A stretch of 64,000 nt of DNA from Candidatus Promineifilaceae bacterium (GTDB lineage Bacteria; Chloroflexota; Anaerolineae; Promineifilales; Promineifilaceae). Below the pieces are notes generated by a model. The model ran no database searches, had not been told where the DNA came from, and saw only the letters and a list, made by a program, of their open reading frames with translations. Position 1 is the stretch's first letter. The number at the start of each line of letters is the position of its first letter. The stretch is from assembly GCA_033722615.1 (NCBI GenBank), contig JAWVYQ010000001.1, forward strand, positions 21 to 64,020. Direction: 5' to 3'. The position numbers and the translations under genes are program-made. Shown piece after piece: positions 38,946-49,890 of the stretch.

Positions 38946-40988
38946 ATGCCCAACCGTCTGGCAGAGGAATCGAGCCCATATCTGTTGCAGCACGCCGACA
39001 ACCCCGTCGAGTGGTATCCCTGGGGCGAAGAGGCGCTGCAAAAAGCCCGCGAAGAAGACAAGCCTATCTTACTGAGTATTGGCTACGCCGCCTGTCACTG
39101 GTGCCACGTGATGGCGCACGAGTCGTTCGAAGATCCGGAGACGGCCGCCTACATGAACGAGCATTTCGTGAACGTCAAGGTGGATCGTGAAGAACGGCCG
39201 GATCTGGACAGCATCTACATGAACGCCGTCGTGGCCATGACCGGCCAGGGCGGTTGGCCGATGACCGTCTTCTTGACCCCCGAGGGCTATCCCTTTTACG
39301 GGGGCACTTATTTCCCTCCGGGTCCGCGCCATGGCATGCCGGGATTCAAACAGGTGATGTCCAGCGTCGTGCGCGCCTGGAATGAGCAGCGAGAAGAGAT
39401 TCGCGAGAATGCACAGGAGATCGGCCAGCATATCGGCCGGCGTCTCAACCTGGGCGGTCAGGATGGAGCGCTCAACAGCGCTCTCTTCGACAACGCGCTG
39501 GAAGGGCTGCACAAGAGCTTCGATCCGGAGAAGGGGGGATTTGGCCAGGCCCCCAAATTCCCGCAGGCTATGGCCATTGAATTTCTGCTCCGTATGGCCA
39601 AGGAACGGGACGATAAGATGGCCCTGCATATGGCCGAACACACCCTGGAAATGATGTGGCGCGGCGGCATGTACGACCACCTGGGCGGCGGCTTTGCCCG
39701 CTATTCGACGGACAAAGATTGGCTCGTTCCCCACTTTGAGAAGATGCTGTACGACAATGCTCTCTTGAGCCGCGCCTATTTGCACGCCTGGCAAGCGACC
39801 GGCCGTCCCCTCTACCGGCGCGTTGTCGAAGAGACACTGGATTGGGTCGTCCAGGAGATGCGTCACGAGCGGGGTGGTTTCTATAGCAGCATGGATGCCG
39901 ACAGCGAGGGCGAAGAGGGCAAGTTCTACGTGTGGCAGCCGGACGAGATCGCGGCCGTCCTCGATGAGGAGGAGGCCGAGCTCGTTTCCCGCTACTACGA
40001 CGTCACCGAGCGCGGCAACTGGGAAGGGAAAAGCATCCTCCACGTCACGCGTCCTCTGGAAGAGGTGGCCGAGGAGATCGGCGTGAGCGAGCAAACGGCG
40101 CGGGATACCCTGGATCGCGCCCGGGAGAAATTGTACTCCGCGCGAGCGGAGCGCGTCTGGCCGGGCAGGGACGACAAAGTGCTGACAGCCTGGAACGGTC
40201 TGATGCTGGCTGCCTTTGCCGAGGCCGGACGCGCCCTCGAGCGGCCTGATTACACGGAGATAGCGGTAGAGAACGCCGAATTCCTCCACGAGATGATGCG
40301 CGCCGGCGAGGGGCGCCTGCTGCGCACGTGGAAGGAGGGCGCCGGGGCGCGGTACAATGGCTACCTCGAGGATCACGCCTATCTGGCCGACGGCCTCCTC
40401 GCCCTTTACCAGAGCACGTTTGACGAGAAGTGGTTCGGTTGGGTGGAGGAGCTGGTGGACGAGATGATGACTCATTTCCGGGATGAGGACGATGGAGGCT
40501 TTTACGACACCTCCGACGACCACGAGGAACTTATCCACCGGCCGAAGGAGGTCCAGGACAACGCTGTGCCGAGCGGTAACGCTATGACCGCCCACGTCTT
40601 GCTCCGCTTCAGCCTCTATACGGGCGACGGCCGCGCCTGGGACGTGGCCGAGCAGTCGCTTTCCTCGATGTACGGGGCGATGACCCAGTACCCGACCGGC
40701 TTTGCCCACTGGCTGACGGCCGCGACGCTTATCCTGGCCGAGCCGAAGGAGATCGCCATTGCCGGCCGGCCCGAGGCGGAGGACACTCAGGCCCTTCTGG
40801 ACGTTGTCTTTGACGGCTACCGGCCGTATCAGGTGGTAGCCGTGGGCGAAGATGGCGACGCCGTTCCCCTCTTAAAAGATCGTTCGCAGCGTGACGGCCG
40901 GCCCACGGCCTACGTCTGCCGCCAGTTCGTCTGCAAGCAGCCGGTTACCGATCCGCAAGATCTGGCCGAACAACTGGCGCAACCGTAA
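38946..40988 (+). CDS. thioredoxin-domain (DUF255/YyaL-type) protein with six-hairpin glycosidase-like C-terminal domain
   Basis: ATG at 38946 follows GAGGAG. N-terminus [31 protein letters not shown], then [18 protein letters not shown] (thioredoxin-fold CxxC). Length is typical of the family (~680 aa). Confidence 0.88.
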   Translation: MPNRLAEESSPYLLQHADNPVEWYPWGEEALQKAREEDKPILLSIGYAACHWCHVMAHESFEDPETAAYMNEHFVNVKVDREERPDLDSIYMNAVVAMTGQGGWPMTVFLTPEGYPFYGGTYFPPGPRHGMPGFKQVMSSVVRAWNEQREEIRENAQEIGQHIGRRLNLGGQDGALNSALFDNALEGLHKSFDPEKGGFGQAPKFPQAMAIEFLLRMAKERDDKMALHMAEHTLEMMWRGGMYDHLGGGFARYSTDKDWLVPHFEKMLYDNALLSRAYLHAWQATGRPLYRRVVEETLDWVVQEMRHERGGFYSSMDADSEGEEGKFYVWQPDEIAAVLDEEEAELVSRYYDVTERGNWEGKSILHVTRPLEEVAEEIGVSEQTARDTLDRAREKLYSARAERVWPGRDDKVLTAWNGLMLAAFAEAGRALERPDYTEIAVENAEFLHEMMRAGEGRLLRTWKEGAGARYNGYLEDHAYLADGLLALYQSTFDEKWFGWVEELVDEMMTHFRDEDDGGFYDTSDDHEELIHRPKEVQDNAVPSGNAMTAHVLLRFSLYTGDGRAWDVAEQSLSSMYGAMTQYPTGFAHWLTAATLILAEPKEIAIAGRPEAEDTQALLDVVFDGYRPYQVVAVGEDGDAVPLLKDRSQRDGRPTAYVCRQFVCKQPVTDPQDLAEQLAQP

Positions 40989-41102
40989 CCTACCCCTTCA
41001 CGTAAAGAGATGTGAGAGGGGAGGAGCAAAAACCCCTCCTTTGGAGCGGATGCTCCTCCTCATACTGGAAGTACATTCGCAATCAAATCGCATTGGAGGT
41101 GC

Positions 41103-41300
41103 GTGAGCATGACAGCGAAAGCGAATAAACTAAGGCGTCAGAATGGGATCTTCGCCGGTGTCTGTGGCGGCCTGGGCGCCTTTTTCGGCATCAGCCCTTT
41201 CTGGTTCAGGCTGCTCTTCATCATTCTTGCCCTACCGGGGGGTGCGCCGGGCATCATCCCCTACCTGCTGCTCTGGATCGCCATTCCCCCCAGACGTTAA
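41103..41300 (+). CDS. pspC: PspC domain-containing membrane protein
   Basis: LRRQNGIFAGVCGGLGAFFGISPFWFRLLFIIL...YLLLWIAIP is the PspC domain signature. Start is GTG 41103 or ATG 41109, with GGAGG at 41095. Confidence 0.8.
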   Translation: MSMTAKANKLRRQNGIFAGVCGGLGAFFGISPFWFRLLFIILALPGGAPGIIPYLLLWIAIPPRR

Positions 41301-41333
41301 CGCATACTCGGTCGACAGCTTAATCCCCTCAGC

Positions 41334-41363
41334 GTGACCGGCGCTTGCGCAAGCGCCGGTCAC
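41334..41363. terminator. perfect 30-nt palindrome between convergent pspC and hemL (probable bidirectional terminator)
   Basis: GTGACCGGCGCTT-gcgc-AAGCGCCGGTCAC forms a 13-bp GC-rich stem. There is no flanking U or A tract. Confidence 0.5.
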
Positions 41364-41378
41364 CTGACGTGAAGAGGT

Positions 41379-42668
41379 TCAGACCAGGGAAGCAAATGCC
41401 TTCGTCGCCGCCTCGACCGTGGCCTTGATCTCTTCCTCTCCATGAGCGGTGGAAAGGAAGCCGACCTCAAACTGGGACGGCGCCAGGTAGACGCCGTTCT
41501 CCAACATGGCGCGGAAGTAGCGGCCGAAGCGCTCGGTGTCTGATTGGCTGGCCGTTTCCCAGTTGGTCACCGGTTCTTCGTTGAAGTACACGCCGAACAT
41601 CGTGCCCACGCGGCTGGCCTGGATGGGGACGCCGGCGTCCTTGGCCGCTGCTCGCAGCCCGTTTAACAACCGCTCGCCGGCCGCTTCCATCTGCTCCCAC
41701 ACCCCCGGCTCCTGGAGCGTCCTTAGCGTTTCAATCCCCGCCGTCATCGCCAGCGGGTTGCCGGAGAGGGTGCCTGCCTGGTACATGGGGCCGACCGGGG
41801 CCACCATCTCCATAATCTCGCGCCGGCCGCCGTAGGCCCCGACGGGGAGCCCGCCGCCAATGACCTTGCCCAGCGCCGTCACGTCTGGCTCAATACCGTA
41901 CAGCGTCTGCGCGCCGCCGGGATGGACGCGGAAACCGGTCATCACCTCGTCGAAGAGCAGAAGGGCGCCGTCGTCGGCCGTTAACTCCCGTAGCCCCTGC
42001 AAGAAGCCCTCTACCGGCGGCACTAACCCCATGTTTCCGCCCACCGGTTCCACGATCACGGCTGCGATCTCGCCCGGGAATTGCTCGAAGAGGCGGCCTA
42101 CGGCTTCAATGTCGTTGAAGGGGGCAACCAGCGTGTCGGCCGTCGTCGCGGCCGGGACGCCGGGCGAGTCGGGGAGGCCCAGCGTGGCGACGCCGGAGCC
42201 GGCCTGAACCAGCAGCATGTCGGCGTGTCCATGGTAATTCCCGCGGAATTTGATGATCTTATCCCGGCCGGTATAGGCGCGGGCCAGCCGCAACGCGCTC
42301 ATCGTCGCCTCGGTTCCAGAGTTGACGAAGCGTACCATCTCCACGTTGGGCATGAAATCCTGTACCAGCCGCGCCAGCTCGACCTCCAGCGGGCTGGGCG
42401 CGCCGAAGCTAGTGCCGCTGGCGGCCGCCTTTTCCAACGCCGCCACGACGCGAGGGTGAGCGTGTCCCAGGATCAGGGGACCCCAGGACATCACGTAGTC
42501 GACGTAACGATTGCCGTCCACGTCGTAGAGAAAAGGGCCGCTGCCGCGGTCGATAAAGAGGGGCTGGCCGCCGACGCTGCGAAACGCGCGCACCGGCGAA
42601 CTGACGCCGCCGGGCATCAGCTTTGTAGCTTCTTCGTATAGTTTTACAGATTTCTCAGCGTTGGGCAT
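41379..42668 (-). CDS. hemL: glutamate-1-semialdehyde 2,1-aminomutase
   Basis: [12 protein letters not shown], the class-III aminotransferase core and the PLP-Lys context [17 protein letters not shown]. Confidence 0.95.
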   Translation of the reverse strand: MPNAEKSVKLYEEATKLMPGGVSSPVRAFRSVGGQPLFIDRGSGPFLYDVDGNRYVDYVMSWGPLILGHAHPRVVAALEKAAASGTSFGAPSPLEVELARLVQDFMPNVEMVRFVNSGTEATMSALRLARAYTGRDKIIKFRGNYHGHADMLLVQAGSGVATLGLPDSPGVPAATTADTLVAPFNDIEAVGRLFEQFPGEIAAVIVEPVGGNMGLVPPVEGFLQGLRELTADDGALLLFDEVMTGFRVHPGGAQTLYGIEPDVTALGKVIGGGLPVGAYGGRREIMEMVAPVGPMYQAGTLSGNPLAMTAGIETLRTLQEPGVWEQMEAAGERLLNGLRAAAKDAGVPIQASRVGTMFGVYFNEEPVTNWETASQSDTERFGRYFRAMLENGVYLAPSQFEVGFLSTAHGEEEIKATVEAATKAFASLV

Positions 42669-42747
42669 CGCTTTCCTCCGTAGCGTGATAATTGAGATCG
42701 GCGATTAAGGTTGTTGGGGCACTTGTTTGAACCGGACGAGGGGATCG

Positions 42748-43704
42748 TTAGCTATCGATCCATCCTGCGTCCCGGGCTTGCTCCCGGATTAGTTCGGCCA
42801 GTTGCTCGATGAAGAGGGGGTCGGTGTTCAGCGCGGGCGGCCGTTCCAGCTGGACGCCGTGCTTCTCGGCAACTTCCTGTGCCTGGATGTCGATGTCGTA
42901 CAAGATCTCCACGTGGTCGGAGACGAAGCCCACGGGCACGCTGACCACCTTCGTTACCCCCTGGCGGGCCAGCTCTGGAATATGCTCCTCAATTTGTGGC
43001 CCCAGCCACGGTTCCGGGCTGCGCCCGGCTGACTGGTAACTCCACGACCATTGGTCCGCGCGCAGTCCGGCCTCCTCGGCCACCAGCCGCGCCGTCTCCC
43101 GCAACTGCTCGTCGTACGGGTCGCCCATCTTCATGATGCGCACCGGCAGGCTGTGGGCGCTGAAGATGACGTGCACGTCCTCTCGTTCCTGCTCTGGCCA
43201 GCGCTCTAATCCCTGGCGGACGCGGTTGGCCAGCGCTTCGATATACTTCGGCGCGTCGTGGTAGCTGGCGATGTGCTCAAAGTGGATGTCGCCGTGATAC
43301 ATCTCCAACCCATCTTCAATCTTCTTCTGGTACTTGGCCACGCTCATCTTGCTGTAGTGGGGGGCCAGAACAAGGCTGACGGCGTGGCTGATGCCGTCGT
43401 CGATCATTTCGGCGACGGTTTCTTCGATCCAGGGCGCCCAGTGGCGCATCCCCAGATAGCAGCGGAATCGTTCGTCCAGTTGCTCGTCAATGGCCGCAAC
43501 CTGTTGCTGCGTGATCGCCAGCAGCGGCGACTTGCCGCCGATCTGCTCGTAATTGTGCGTGATCTCGTGAAGTACGGCCGGCGTCGTCACCCGCCCGCTG
43601 CGTATGTCGGCCAGATAGCCCGGTATCTCCTTCAGAGAGTTTGGCCCTCCGTAGGCCATGATCAGCACCCCAATCGGATAGTGAAAGCCGGTTGATTCGG
43701 TCAT
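42748..43704 (-). CDS. hemH: ferrochelatase (coproporphyrin ferrochelatase type, inferred from context)
   Basis: GVLIMAYGGPNSL, SAHSLP and the HVEILYDID region are ferrochelatase-family motifs. Confidence 0.9.
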   Translation of the reverse strand: MTESTGFHYPIGVLIMAYGGPNSLKEIPGYLADIRSGRVTTPAVLHEITHNYEQIGGKSPLLAITQQQVAAIDEQLDERFRCYLGMRHWAPWIEETVAEMIDDGISHAVSLVLAPHYSKMSVAKYQKKIEDGLEMYHGDIHFEHIASYHDAPKYIEALANRVRQGLERWPEQEREDVHVIFSAHSLPVRIMKMGDPYDEQLRETARLVAEEAGLRADQWSWSYQSAGRSPEPWLGPQIEEHIPELARQGVTKVVSVPVGFVSDHVEILYDIDIQAQEVAEKHGVQLERPPALNTDPLFIEQLAELIREQARDAGWIDS

Positions 43705-43854
43705 AATTGTTCTCGTCTTTGTATGTTGTTGAGCAACGCCTCAGGCCTCACGCCGGTCTCCCGGAAACCGTTCGTAAGGATAGCGCCTTGGCTGGGAAGG
43801 GGACGCTCCGCTTACATGAGCTTCCGGTAAACGTCTGGGTAATCAGGCTTTGCA

Positions 43855-44910
43855 TTATTTGCTCGTCTGCTCGTGGACGTACTCGACCATTCTCCTTACG
43901 TTTTCTGTGGGCGTCGTCTTGTGGATGCCGTGGCCCAGATTGAAGATGTGGCCCGGCCGGCCGCCGGCCTGTTCCAGTACCTGATCGATGCGATATTGTA
44001 GCTCTCGCCAGGGGGCCAATAACGCCAGCGGTTCCAGATTGCCCTGGACGGGCCGGTCGACGCCTGCTTTCTCCCACGCCCAATCCAGCGGCATGCGCCA
44101 GTCGACGCCAACCACGTCGCCGCCGCACACTGCGACTTCGTCCAGGTAGGCGGCCGTTCCCGTGCTGAAGTTGATGACAGGCACCTCGGCTTTATCCAGC
44201 ATCTGGAACAGTTTGCGGTTGGTCGGTTGCACGAAGCGCACGTAATCTTCCTTGCCCAGGGCCAGCCCTGCCCAGGAATCGAACACCTGGAGGGCGGATG
44301 CCCCGGCTTCCACTTGCTGCAGGAGGTAATCGGCCTGTACCGTGGCCAGCTTGTCCATCAGCCGGCGCCAGGCGGCCGGTTCGTTGTACATGAACGCCTT
44401 CGTTTTGGCGTACGTCTTGGATCCGCCTCCCTCAATCGCGTAGCTGGCCAGCGTAAAGGGCGCCCCGGCAAAACCGATGAGGGGAATATCTCGCGGCGCC
44501 AGTTGTTTGACGACCTTCCGGATCGCTTCCAGCGTAGCGCTCAGCATCGTATCGGCGGCCGGCGGCGTGGCCAGCAAGTCGACGTCGTACGGCTCCGAGA
44601 TTGGGTTGAAAATCCGCGGCCCCTCGCCCTTCACAAATTCCAGATCCAGCCCCATTCCGATAAGGGGAGGCAGTATGTCGGCGAAGATAATGGCCGCGTC
44701 CAGGTCGAAGGCTTCGATTGGCTGCATCGTCACTTCGGCCGCCAGTTCCGGCGTGCTGATCACGTCGATCATACTGTGCTGGGCACGGATGGCCCGGTAT
44801 TCGGCCATGTAGCGGCCGGCCTGGCGCATTAGCCAGACGGGCGTGGCGTCTACCGGCAATCCCCGGCAGGCGCGAAGAAAGCGGGACGTGGGTTCTTGCG
44901 AATCGGTCAT
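43855..44910 (-). CDS. hemE: uroporphyrinogen decarboxylase
   Basis: ATG at 44910 overlaps the hemQ stop (ATGA). Motifs PVWLMRQAGRYMAEY, FDSWAG and NLGHGI. Confidence 0.93.
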   Translation of the reverse strand: MTDSQEPTSRFLRACRGLPVDATPVWLMRQAGRYMAEYRAIRAQHSMIDVISTPELAAEVTMQPIEAFDLDAAIIFADILPPLIGMGLDLEFVKGEGPRIFNPISEPYDVDLLATPPAADTMLSATLEAIRKVVKQLAPRDIPLIGFAGAPFTLASYAIEGGGSKTYAKTKAFMYNEPAAWRRLMDKLATVQADYLLQQVEAGASALQVFDSWAGLALGKEDYVRFVQPTNRKLFQMLDKAEVPVINFSTGTAAYLDEVAVCGGDVVGVDWRMPLDWAWEKAGVDRPVQGNLEPLALLAPWRELQYRIDQVLEQAGGRPGHIFNLGHGIHKTTPTENVRRMVEYVHEQTSK

Positions 44911-45641
44911 GTAATCTCCTGTTGCCACACTGCCTTACCCACGAAGAAGGGGCCCAGCTTTTCCAAATGCAGCGAGGTCTGTTTTGTCTTGCGCATGCGC
45001 TGCACGATCAGGGATAGCGGGTACAGCTCCGGTCCGACCAGGCCCACCACGAAATCGTTGTCGTGCTTATCCAATCCGTGGCATGCCAGCCGGATGTCGT
45101 ATCCGTGGCCCGCTCGCCCGAACGCCCGGCCGATGCCCCCGTGCTCCATGAGGATGGTCCGCTGCTCCTCGGCCGAGAGCTGCTCGAAGGAACCGGACCG
45201 ACGCAGTGGATACCAGATAGCCCACGGAAGGTTAGGGCTGGTTACTCGCTCTTTAGGCCGCTCGATGAGTGTGCGGGACAGGTCCTGCTCGTACCCGATG
45301 GAGTAAGTGCGTCCGAGCATCGTGTACTCCGGTTTGGGCGACAATTGGCTGAACGGCGCCCGGTTTAGGAAGCGGCGCACGTCGTCCATGAAATAGTCAG
45401 GGTTTTCGCTAAAAGTCAGCAGCGCCACGCCCTGCGGGTCGTTAATGTCCTCGTAGAGAACGCCGGATATGTCGGCCTGTTTCAGTGCCTCGATCAGCGG
45501 TCCCGAATCGTGGCAATCGCCGTAGGCCAGCAACTGCATGAACAGGCGCCGATCTGCGGAAATGACTTCCCCTTGCTCGCTGCGCCCTTTTTCGCGTATG
45601 TCAACGCCGTCTTCTTCGCGCCTCTGAATGTCTAAAGTCAT
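44907..45641 (-). CDS. hemQ: chlorite dismutase-family protein, probable coproheme decarboxylase
   Basis: ATG at 45641 follows AGAGGAGAT. Cld/HemQ-type C-terminal half reads WYPLRRSGSFEQLSAEEQRTILMEHGGIG...GLDKHDNDFVVGL...VQRMRKTKQT...GPFFVGK. The gene is embedded in the haem cluster. Confidence 0.8.
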   Translation of the reverse strand: MTLDIQRREEDGVDIREKGRSEQGEVISADRRLFMQLLAYGDCHDSGPLIEALKQADISGVLYEDINDPQGVALLTFSENPDYFMDDVRRFLNRAPFSQLSPKPEYTMLGRTYSIGYEQDLSRTLIERPKERVTSPNLPWAIWYPLRRSGSFEQLSAEEQRTILMEHGGIGRAFGRAGHGYDIRLACHGLDKHDNDFVVGLVGPELYPLSLIVQRMRKTKQTSLHLEKLGPFFVGKAVWQQEIT

Positions 45642-45697
45642 ATCTCCTCTACCTCGTATAACTCTCTGTCTATGGGTGGGTTGCCGGTAAGTTGGCG

Positions 45698-46771
45698 TTA
45701 CGCTTCCTGGAGCCAGCGCGCGGCGTCCAGCGCGTGATAGGTAATGACCAGGTCGGCCCCGGCGCGCTTGATGCCCAGCAAGGTTTCCAGCACCACCCGC
45801 TCCTCGTCCAACCACCCGTTGGCGGCGGCCGCTTTAATCATGGCGTACTCGCCGCTGACGTTGTATGCGGCCAGCGGCAGCTCGGGAAACGCCTCACGCA
45901 CGCGCCGGATGACGTCCAGGTAAGGCAGTGCGGGCTTGACTATCAGGAAGTCGGCTCCTTCCTCGACGTCCAGCGCTGCCTCGCGCAGCGCCTCGCGGGC
46001 GTTAGCGGGGTCCATCTGGTGTGTGGTCCGATCTCCAAACTTCGGCGCACCCTCGGCCGCGTCCCGAAACGGCCCGTAAAAACCCGACGCATATTTCACG
46101 GCGTAACTCATGATTGGGATGTGGCTGAAATCGTTGTCGTCCAACGTCCGGCGAATGGCCCCGACCATGCCGTCCATCATGCCGCTGGGAGCGACGACGT
46201 CGGCGCCCGCATCCGCGTGGGCCACGGCCACCTTGCCCAGGATGGGTAACGTTTCGTCGTTCAGCACGTATCCCTCTTCCTGGTGCGGTTGCGGCCGCCG
46301 GCCGTTGCCCCGGTTCAGCAGGCCACAATGGCCATGATCGGTGTATTCACAGAGACAGACGTCGGTGATGACGACGATCTCGGGCAAAGCGTCTTTGACT
46401 GCCCGGATGGCGCGGGGAACGATGCCGTCGGGGTCAAAGTTCTCCAGGCCGACCGGATCCTTTTCGGCCGGGATGCCGAAGAAAATGAGCGCGGGAACGC
46501 CCAGTCCGGCCGCCCGCTCTGCTTCGGGCACCACCTCGTCCACGGACAATTGATGAATGCCGGGCATGGAGGGGATGGGGCTGCGCACCCCCTCACCGTG
46601 CGTCACGAATAGCGGGTAAATCAGGTCGTCGGGCGTCAGGTCTGTCTCGCGGACCATGGCCCGCAGCGCGGGCGAAGCGCGCAGCCGTCGCGGCCGCACT
46701 GTAGGAAAGCCTGTGGTGCGGCGTTGTCTTGTGTCGGTATCCGGTGCTGCTTCTTTCGTCGTTTGCTTCAT
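45698..46771 (-). CDS. hemB: porphobilinogen synthase (delta-aminolevulinate dehydratase)
   Basis: RPRRLR, the [14 protein letters not shown] metal site, VAPSGMMDG and the Schiff-base Lys context [10 protein letters not shown]. Confidence 0.95.
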   Translation of the reverse strand: MKQTTKEAAPDTDTRQRRTTGFPTVRPRRLRASPALRAMVRETDLTPDDLIYPLFVTHGEGVRSPIPSMPGIHQLSVDEVVPEAERAAGLGVPALIFFGIPAEKDPVGLENFDPDGIVPRAIRAVKDALPEIVVITDVCLCEYTDHGHCGLLNRGNGRRPQPHQEEGYVLNDETLPILGKVAVAHADAGADVVAPSGMMDGMVGAIRRTLDDNDFSHIPIMSYAVKYASGFYGPFRDAAEGAPKFGDRTTHQMDPANAREALREAALDVEEGADFLIVKPALPYLDVIRRVREAFPELPLAAYNVSGEYAMIKAAAANGWLDEERVVLETLLGIKRAGADLVITYHALDAARWLQEA

Positions 46772-46774
46772 CCT

Positions 46775-48523
46775 TTATCCGTCCTCTGCTTCGCGGCCGG
46801 CGATGGCCGTTACCAGACCATCCATCGTGTACTCGTCGGCGACGATGCCCGGCCGCAGCGAAAGCTCCTCTTCCACCGTTCCGGCCGTGATGGGACCAAT
46901 ACAGGCCACTGTAGCGTCCTGTAGTAAGCGCAACGCCTCCTGGCGGCCGCCCACCAAATCTATGAAATTGCGGACCGTCGACGAACTGGTAAAAGTGATA
47001 ATATCCACGTTCTCTAGCGCGGCAAGGGCCCCACTACTCGGCGTTGCTGGCAGGGTGCGATACGTGGGGATCTCGTCCACGGCCGCGCCTTGTGCTGCCA
47101 GCATCTGGCGCAACGTCTCGCGCGCGATGGCCGCCCGCGGTAATAAAATGGAGAGGCCGGAGACGTCGCCCAACCCCTCGGCAATACGCTCGGCTACAAA
47201 CTCTTCCGGGATGTAGTCCGGCGCCACGCCCTCTTCGGCCAGGGCGTCGCCCGTCGCCGGGCCGATGGCCGCCACGCGCACGCCGTCGAAAAGGGAGTTG
47301 TCAAGCCCTAACGCTTCCACCCGCTCAAAGAAGATGGCCACGCCGTTGACGCTGGTGAAAATAACCCAATCGTAGCGGCCGAGGTCGCCGATGGCCTCGT
47401 CCAGCTTGCTGCTATCTTCCATCGGCCGGATCTGAATGGTGGGAAACAGAATGGGTGTGGCCCCCAATTTCTGCAGGCGTTCCGCCAGTTCTGGCGCCTG
47501 GTGTGGCGGGCGAGTGACGACGATGCGTTGCCCGGCCAGCGGCTTCGGCGCCTTTTTGACCACCGAGACGTCTGGCTCGAGAGCCGCGAGAATGGCCGTC
47601 GCGCCTTGCGCTGTCGCCTCGTGTGCGAGGCGCTCTCCTAGCGCCAGGGCAGCCTCCAGGTCTGCTCCCTCGCTCTCGCTCTCCACCTTGATCACGCGCT
47701 GTCCGTCCGGTGTGGCGATCAATCCTCGTAGGCGTAGGCGGCCGGCGGCCTCCACCGTGGCATAAGCGGCGATGGGAGCGGAACAGCCACCGCCCAGCGC
47801 CTGTAAGAAGCGGCGCTCGGCAGCCGTCGTGCGCCGGGCCCCCTCGCTTTCGATGGCCGCCAGCAGCTCCAGTACGCGTTCGTCGCCGGCGCGACATTGA
47901 ACGGCCAGCGCTGCCTGTCCCGGCGCCGGTAACATCACGGTTGGCGGCAGCCACTCGCTGACTACGTCCGTCAAGTCCAACCGCTCCAGGCCGGCCGCTG
48001 CCAGTACGGCCGCGTCATATTCCCCCTCCAGCGCCTTGCGCACGCGCGTGCCGACGTTGCCCCGGATTGACCTAACTTGCAGGTCGGGGCGTTGGGCCAG
48101 CAACTGGGCCTGGCGGCGCAGGCTGCTCGTGCCCACGACGCTGCCGGCCGGCAGTGTGGAGAGCGTATGCCCGTGACGGGCCACCAGGCCGTCCTGGGCG
48201 TTGGCCCGGTCGGTGATGGCGCCTATTATGAGTCCGGGCGCTTCCTCCACCGGCAAATCTTTGAGGGAATGAACGGCGACGTCGATCTCGCCCTTCCGTA
48301 AGGCCCGCTCAAGCTCGGCCGTGAAAAGCCCCTTACCCCCAATTTCGGGCAGCGGCTTATCAAGGGTTTTGTCCCCCTTGGTGACGAACGGCCGGAGCTC
48401 ACACTTCAAATCAGGCCAGGCGTCCTGCAACAGTTGAACCACGCGCTCCGCCTGCCAGCGCGCCAACCGGGAGGTGCGCGTGCCGACTTTCAGGATTCGG
48501 TCAGGGGAATCGTTCATCCGCAA
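46775..48523 (-). CDS. hemC: fused hydroxymethylbilane synthase / uroporphyrinogen-III synthase
   Basis: The N-terminal ~300 aa are HemC (KVGTRTSRLARWQAE, SIRGNVGTR, GGGCSAPIA). The C-terminal ~260 aa are HemD-like (RIVVTRPPHQAPELAERLQKLGATPILFPTI..., FTSVNGV, FTSSSTV). Confidence 0.88.
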   Translation of the reverse strand: MRMNDSPDRILKVGTRTSRLARWQAERVVQLLQDAWPDLKCELRPFVTKGDKTLDKPLPEIGGKGLFTAELERALRKGEIDVAVHSLKDLPVEEAPGLIIGAITDRANAQDGLVARHGHTLSTLPAGSVVGTSSLRRQAQLLAQRPDLQVRSIRGNVGTRVRKALEGEYDAAVLAAAGLERLDLTDVVSEWLPPTVMLPAPGQAALAVQCRAGDERVLELLAAIESEGARRTTAAERRFLQALGGGCSAPIAAYATVEAAGRLRLRGLIATPDGQRVIKVESESEGADLEAALALGERLAHEATAQGATAILAALEPDVSVVKKAPKPLAGQRIVVTRPPHQAPELAERLQKLGATPILFPTIQIRPMEDSSKLDEAIGDLGRYDWVIFTSVNGVAIFFERVEALGLDNSLFDGVRVAAIGPATGDALAEEGVAPDYIPEEFVAERIAEGLGDVSGLSILLPRAAIARETLRQMLAAQGAAVDEIPTYRTLPATPSSGALAALENVDIITFTSSSTVRNFIDLVGGRQEALRLLQDATVACIGPITAGTVEEELSLRPGIVADEYTMDGLVTAIAGREAEDG

Positions 48524-48585
48524 TTAGCCTTCGGTATCAGGTCACCTCCGGGAGGAGTGGTCGAGCTTCCGGAGGTGGCTCTCTT

Positions 48586-49890
48586 TCAATCTTTGGTAGG
48601 TGGGTTGAGGTCGAACAGATCGCGGACGGTGGCCTCGTAATCGGTTGCCTGGCCATTGGTGGCCTTTTCGCGGAGACGGTTTGTGGGCTCGTGTAGAAGT
48701 TTGTTGACGAGGGAACGCGATAGATGTTGGACGTGCTTCACCGTCTCCGCATCGACGTCGTCCCCGAGGAAGCGCAGCGTGCGCTCCAGTTCTCGCTGGC
48801 GGATGGCCTCTGCCTTCTGGCGCAGGTCAACGATCACGGGCTTAATGGTCAGGGCGCGTATCTCTGCTTCGAGCGACTTGATTTCCTCGGCAATGATCGC
48901 TTCCACCCGGGGGATTTCTTGTTGGCGGGCGGCCAGCGCCTCGTCCAGGTTTTCCTGGAGTTCGTCGATGTCGAACAGGTGGACGCCGGGCACGTTGCTC
49001 ACGTCAGGCTCGACGTCGCGGGGTACGGCGATATCGATGATTACCAGCGGCCGCCCGTTGCGTTGCGCCATCGCCGTCTGCACCGTGGCGGCGTCGATGA
49101 CGGTGTGCGGTGCGGCGGTGGCGCAGATGACGGTGTCGGCCGCGGCCAGCGCCTGTGGCAACTGATTCAATCCGTACGTGCGACCGTTCCACCTGGCTGC
49201 GAGCTTCTCAGCCCGCTCGCGCGAGCGGTTGGCCAGTGCAATGTTGTCGATCTTCCGTTTGCGTAACGCGTTCAGGGCCAGTTGCCCCATCTCTCCAAGT
49301 CCGACGATGAGTACCTCCTGGCCTTCCAGGTTGCCCGCGTATTGCTGGGCCATCGTAATGGCTACCGAACTAACGCTGGCGGGGTTGCTGCTGATGGCCG
49401 TCTCCGTTCGCGCTCTCTTGCCGGTGCGAATGGCGCTGCGAAACAGGGCGCTGAGGACGGGCCCGATGGTGTGTGCCTCCACCGCCTTCATGTAAGCGTC
49501 GTTCACCTGACCCAGAATCTGGGGTTCGCCGAGGACGAGGGAGTCGAGACCGGCCGCCACCCGCGCCAGATGCTTAATGACCTTTCGACCCCGGTAGAAA
49601 TAGAGGTAGTCGTCGAAAGAATCTGGGGCTACAGGATGGATCGAAGCCAGATAGTCGACGAGCAATTGCCGGGCGTTGGTGGCCGGCGCGTCCACGACGG
49701 CGTACAGTTCGATGCGGTTGCACGTGGAGACGAGGGCAATCTCGGCGAGAGCGTCGAAATGGCCGGAGCCATCTTGAACCAAATCTAGCAGGCCATGCTC
49801 TTCGGGCAGGGCGCAACTGATTCGCTCGCGTAGCGCGACGGGCGCAGTGTTATGACTAAGACCGAGACAGACTATCTTTGTCAGGTGCAT
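48586..49890 (-). CDS. hemA: glutamyl-tRNA reductase
   Basis: ATG at 49890 gives MHLTKIVCLGLSHNTAPVALRE. Motifs STCNRIELY and the NADPH-binding VGLGEMG. The start lies inside the last 35 nt of the upstream regulator gene. Confidence 0.9.
   Translation of the reverse strand: MHLTKIVCLGLSHNTAPVALRERISCALPEEHGLLDLVQDGSGHFDALAEIALVSTCNRIELYAVVDAPATNARQLLVDYLASIHPVAPDSFDDYLYFYRGRKVIKHLARVAAGLDSLVLGEPQILGQVNDAYMKAVEAHTIGPVLSALFRSAIRTGKRARTETAISSNPASVSSVAITMAQQYAGNLEGQEVLIVGLGEMGQLALNALRKRKIDNIALANRSRERAEKLAARWNGRTYGLNQLPQALAAADTVICATAAPHTVIDAATVQTAMAQRNGRPLVIIDIAVPRDVEPDVSNVPGVHLFDIDELQENLDEALAARQQEIPRVEAIIAEEIKSLEAEIRALTIKPVIVDLRQKAEAIRQRELERTLRFLGDDVDAETVKHVQHLSRSLVNKLLHEPTNRLREKATNGQATDYEATVRDLFDLNPPTKD

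Noticed and set aside
39069-40709. 546-aa minus-strand ORF opposite the DUF255 thioredoxin-fold gene.
   Set aside because: Same reasoning: it lies fully within a well-supported plus-strand gene, and the protein is low-information and Gly/Ala/Val/His-rich. It is a GC-driven open frame.
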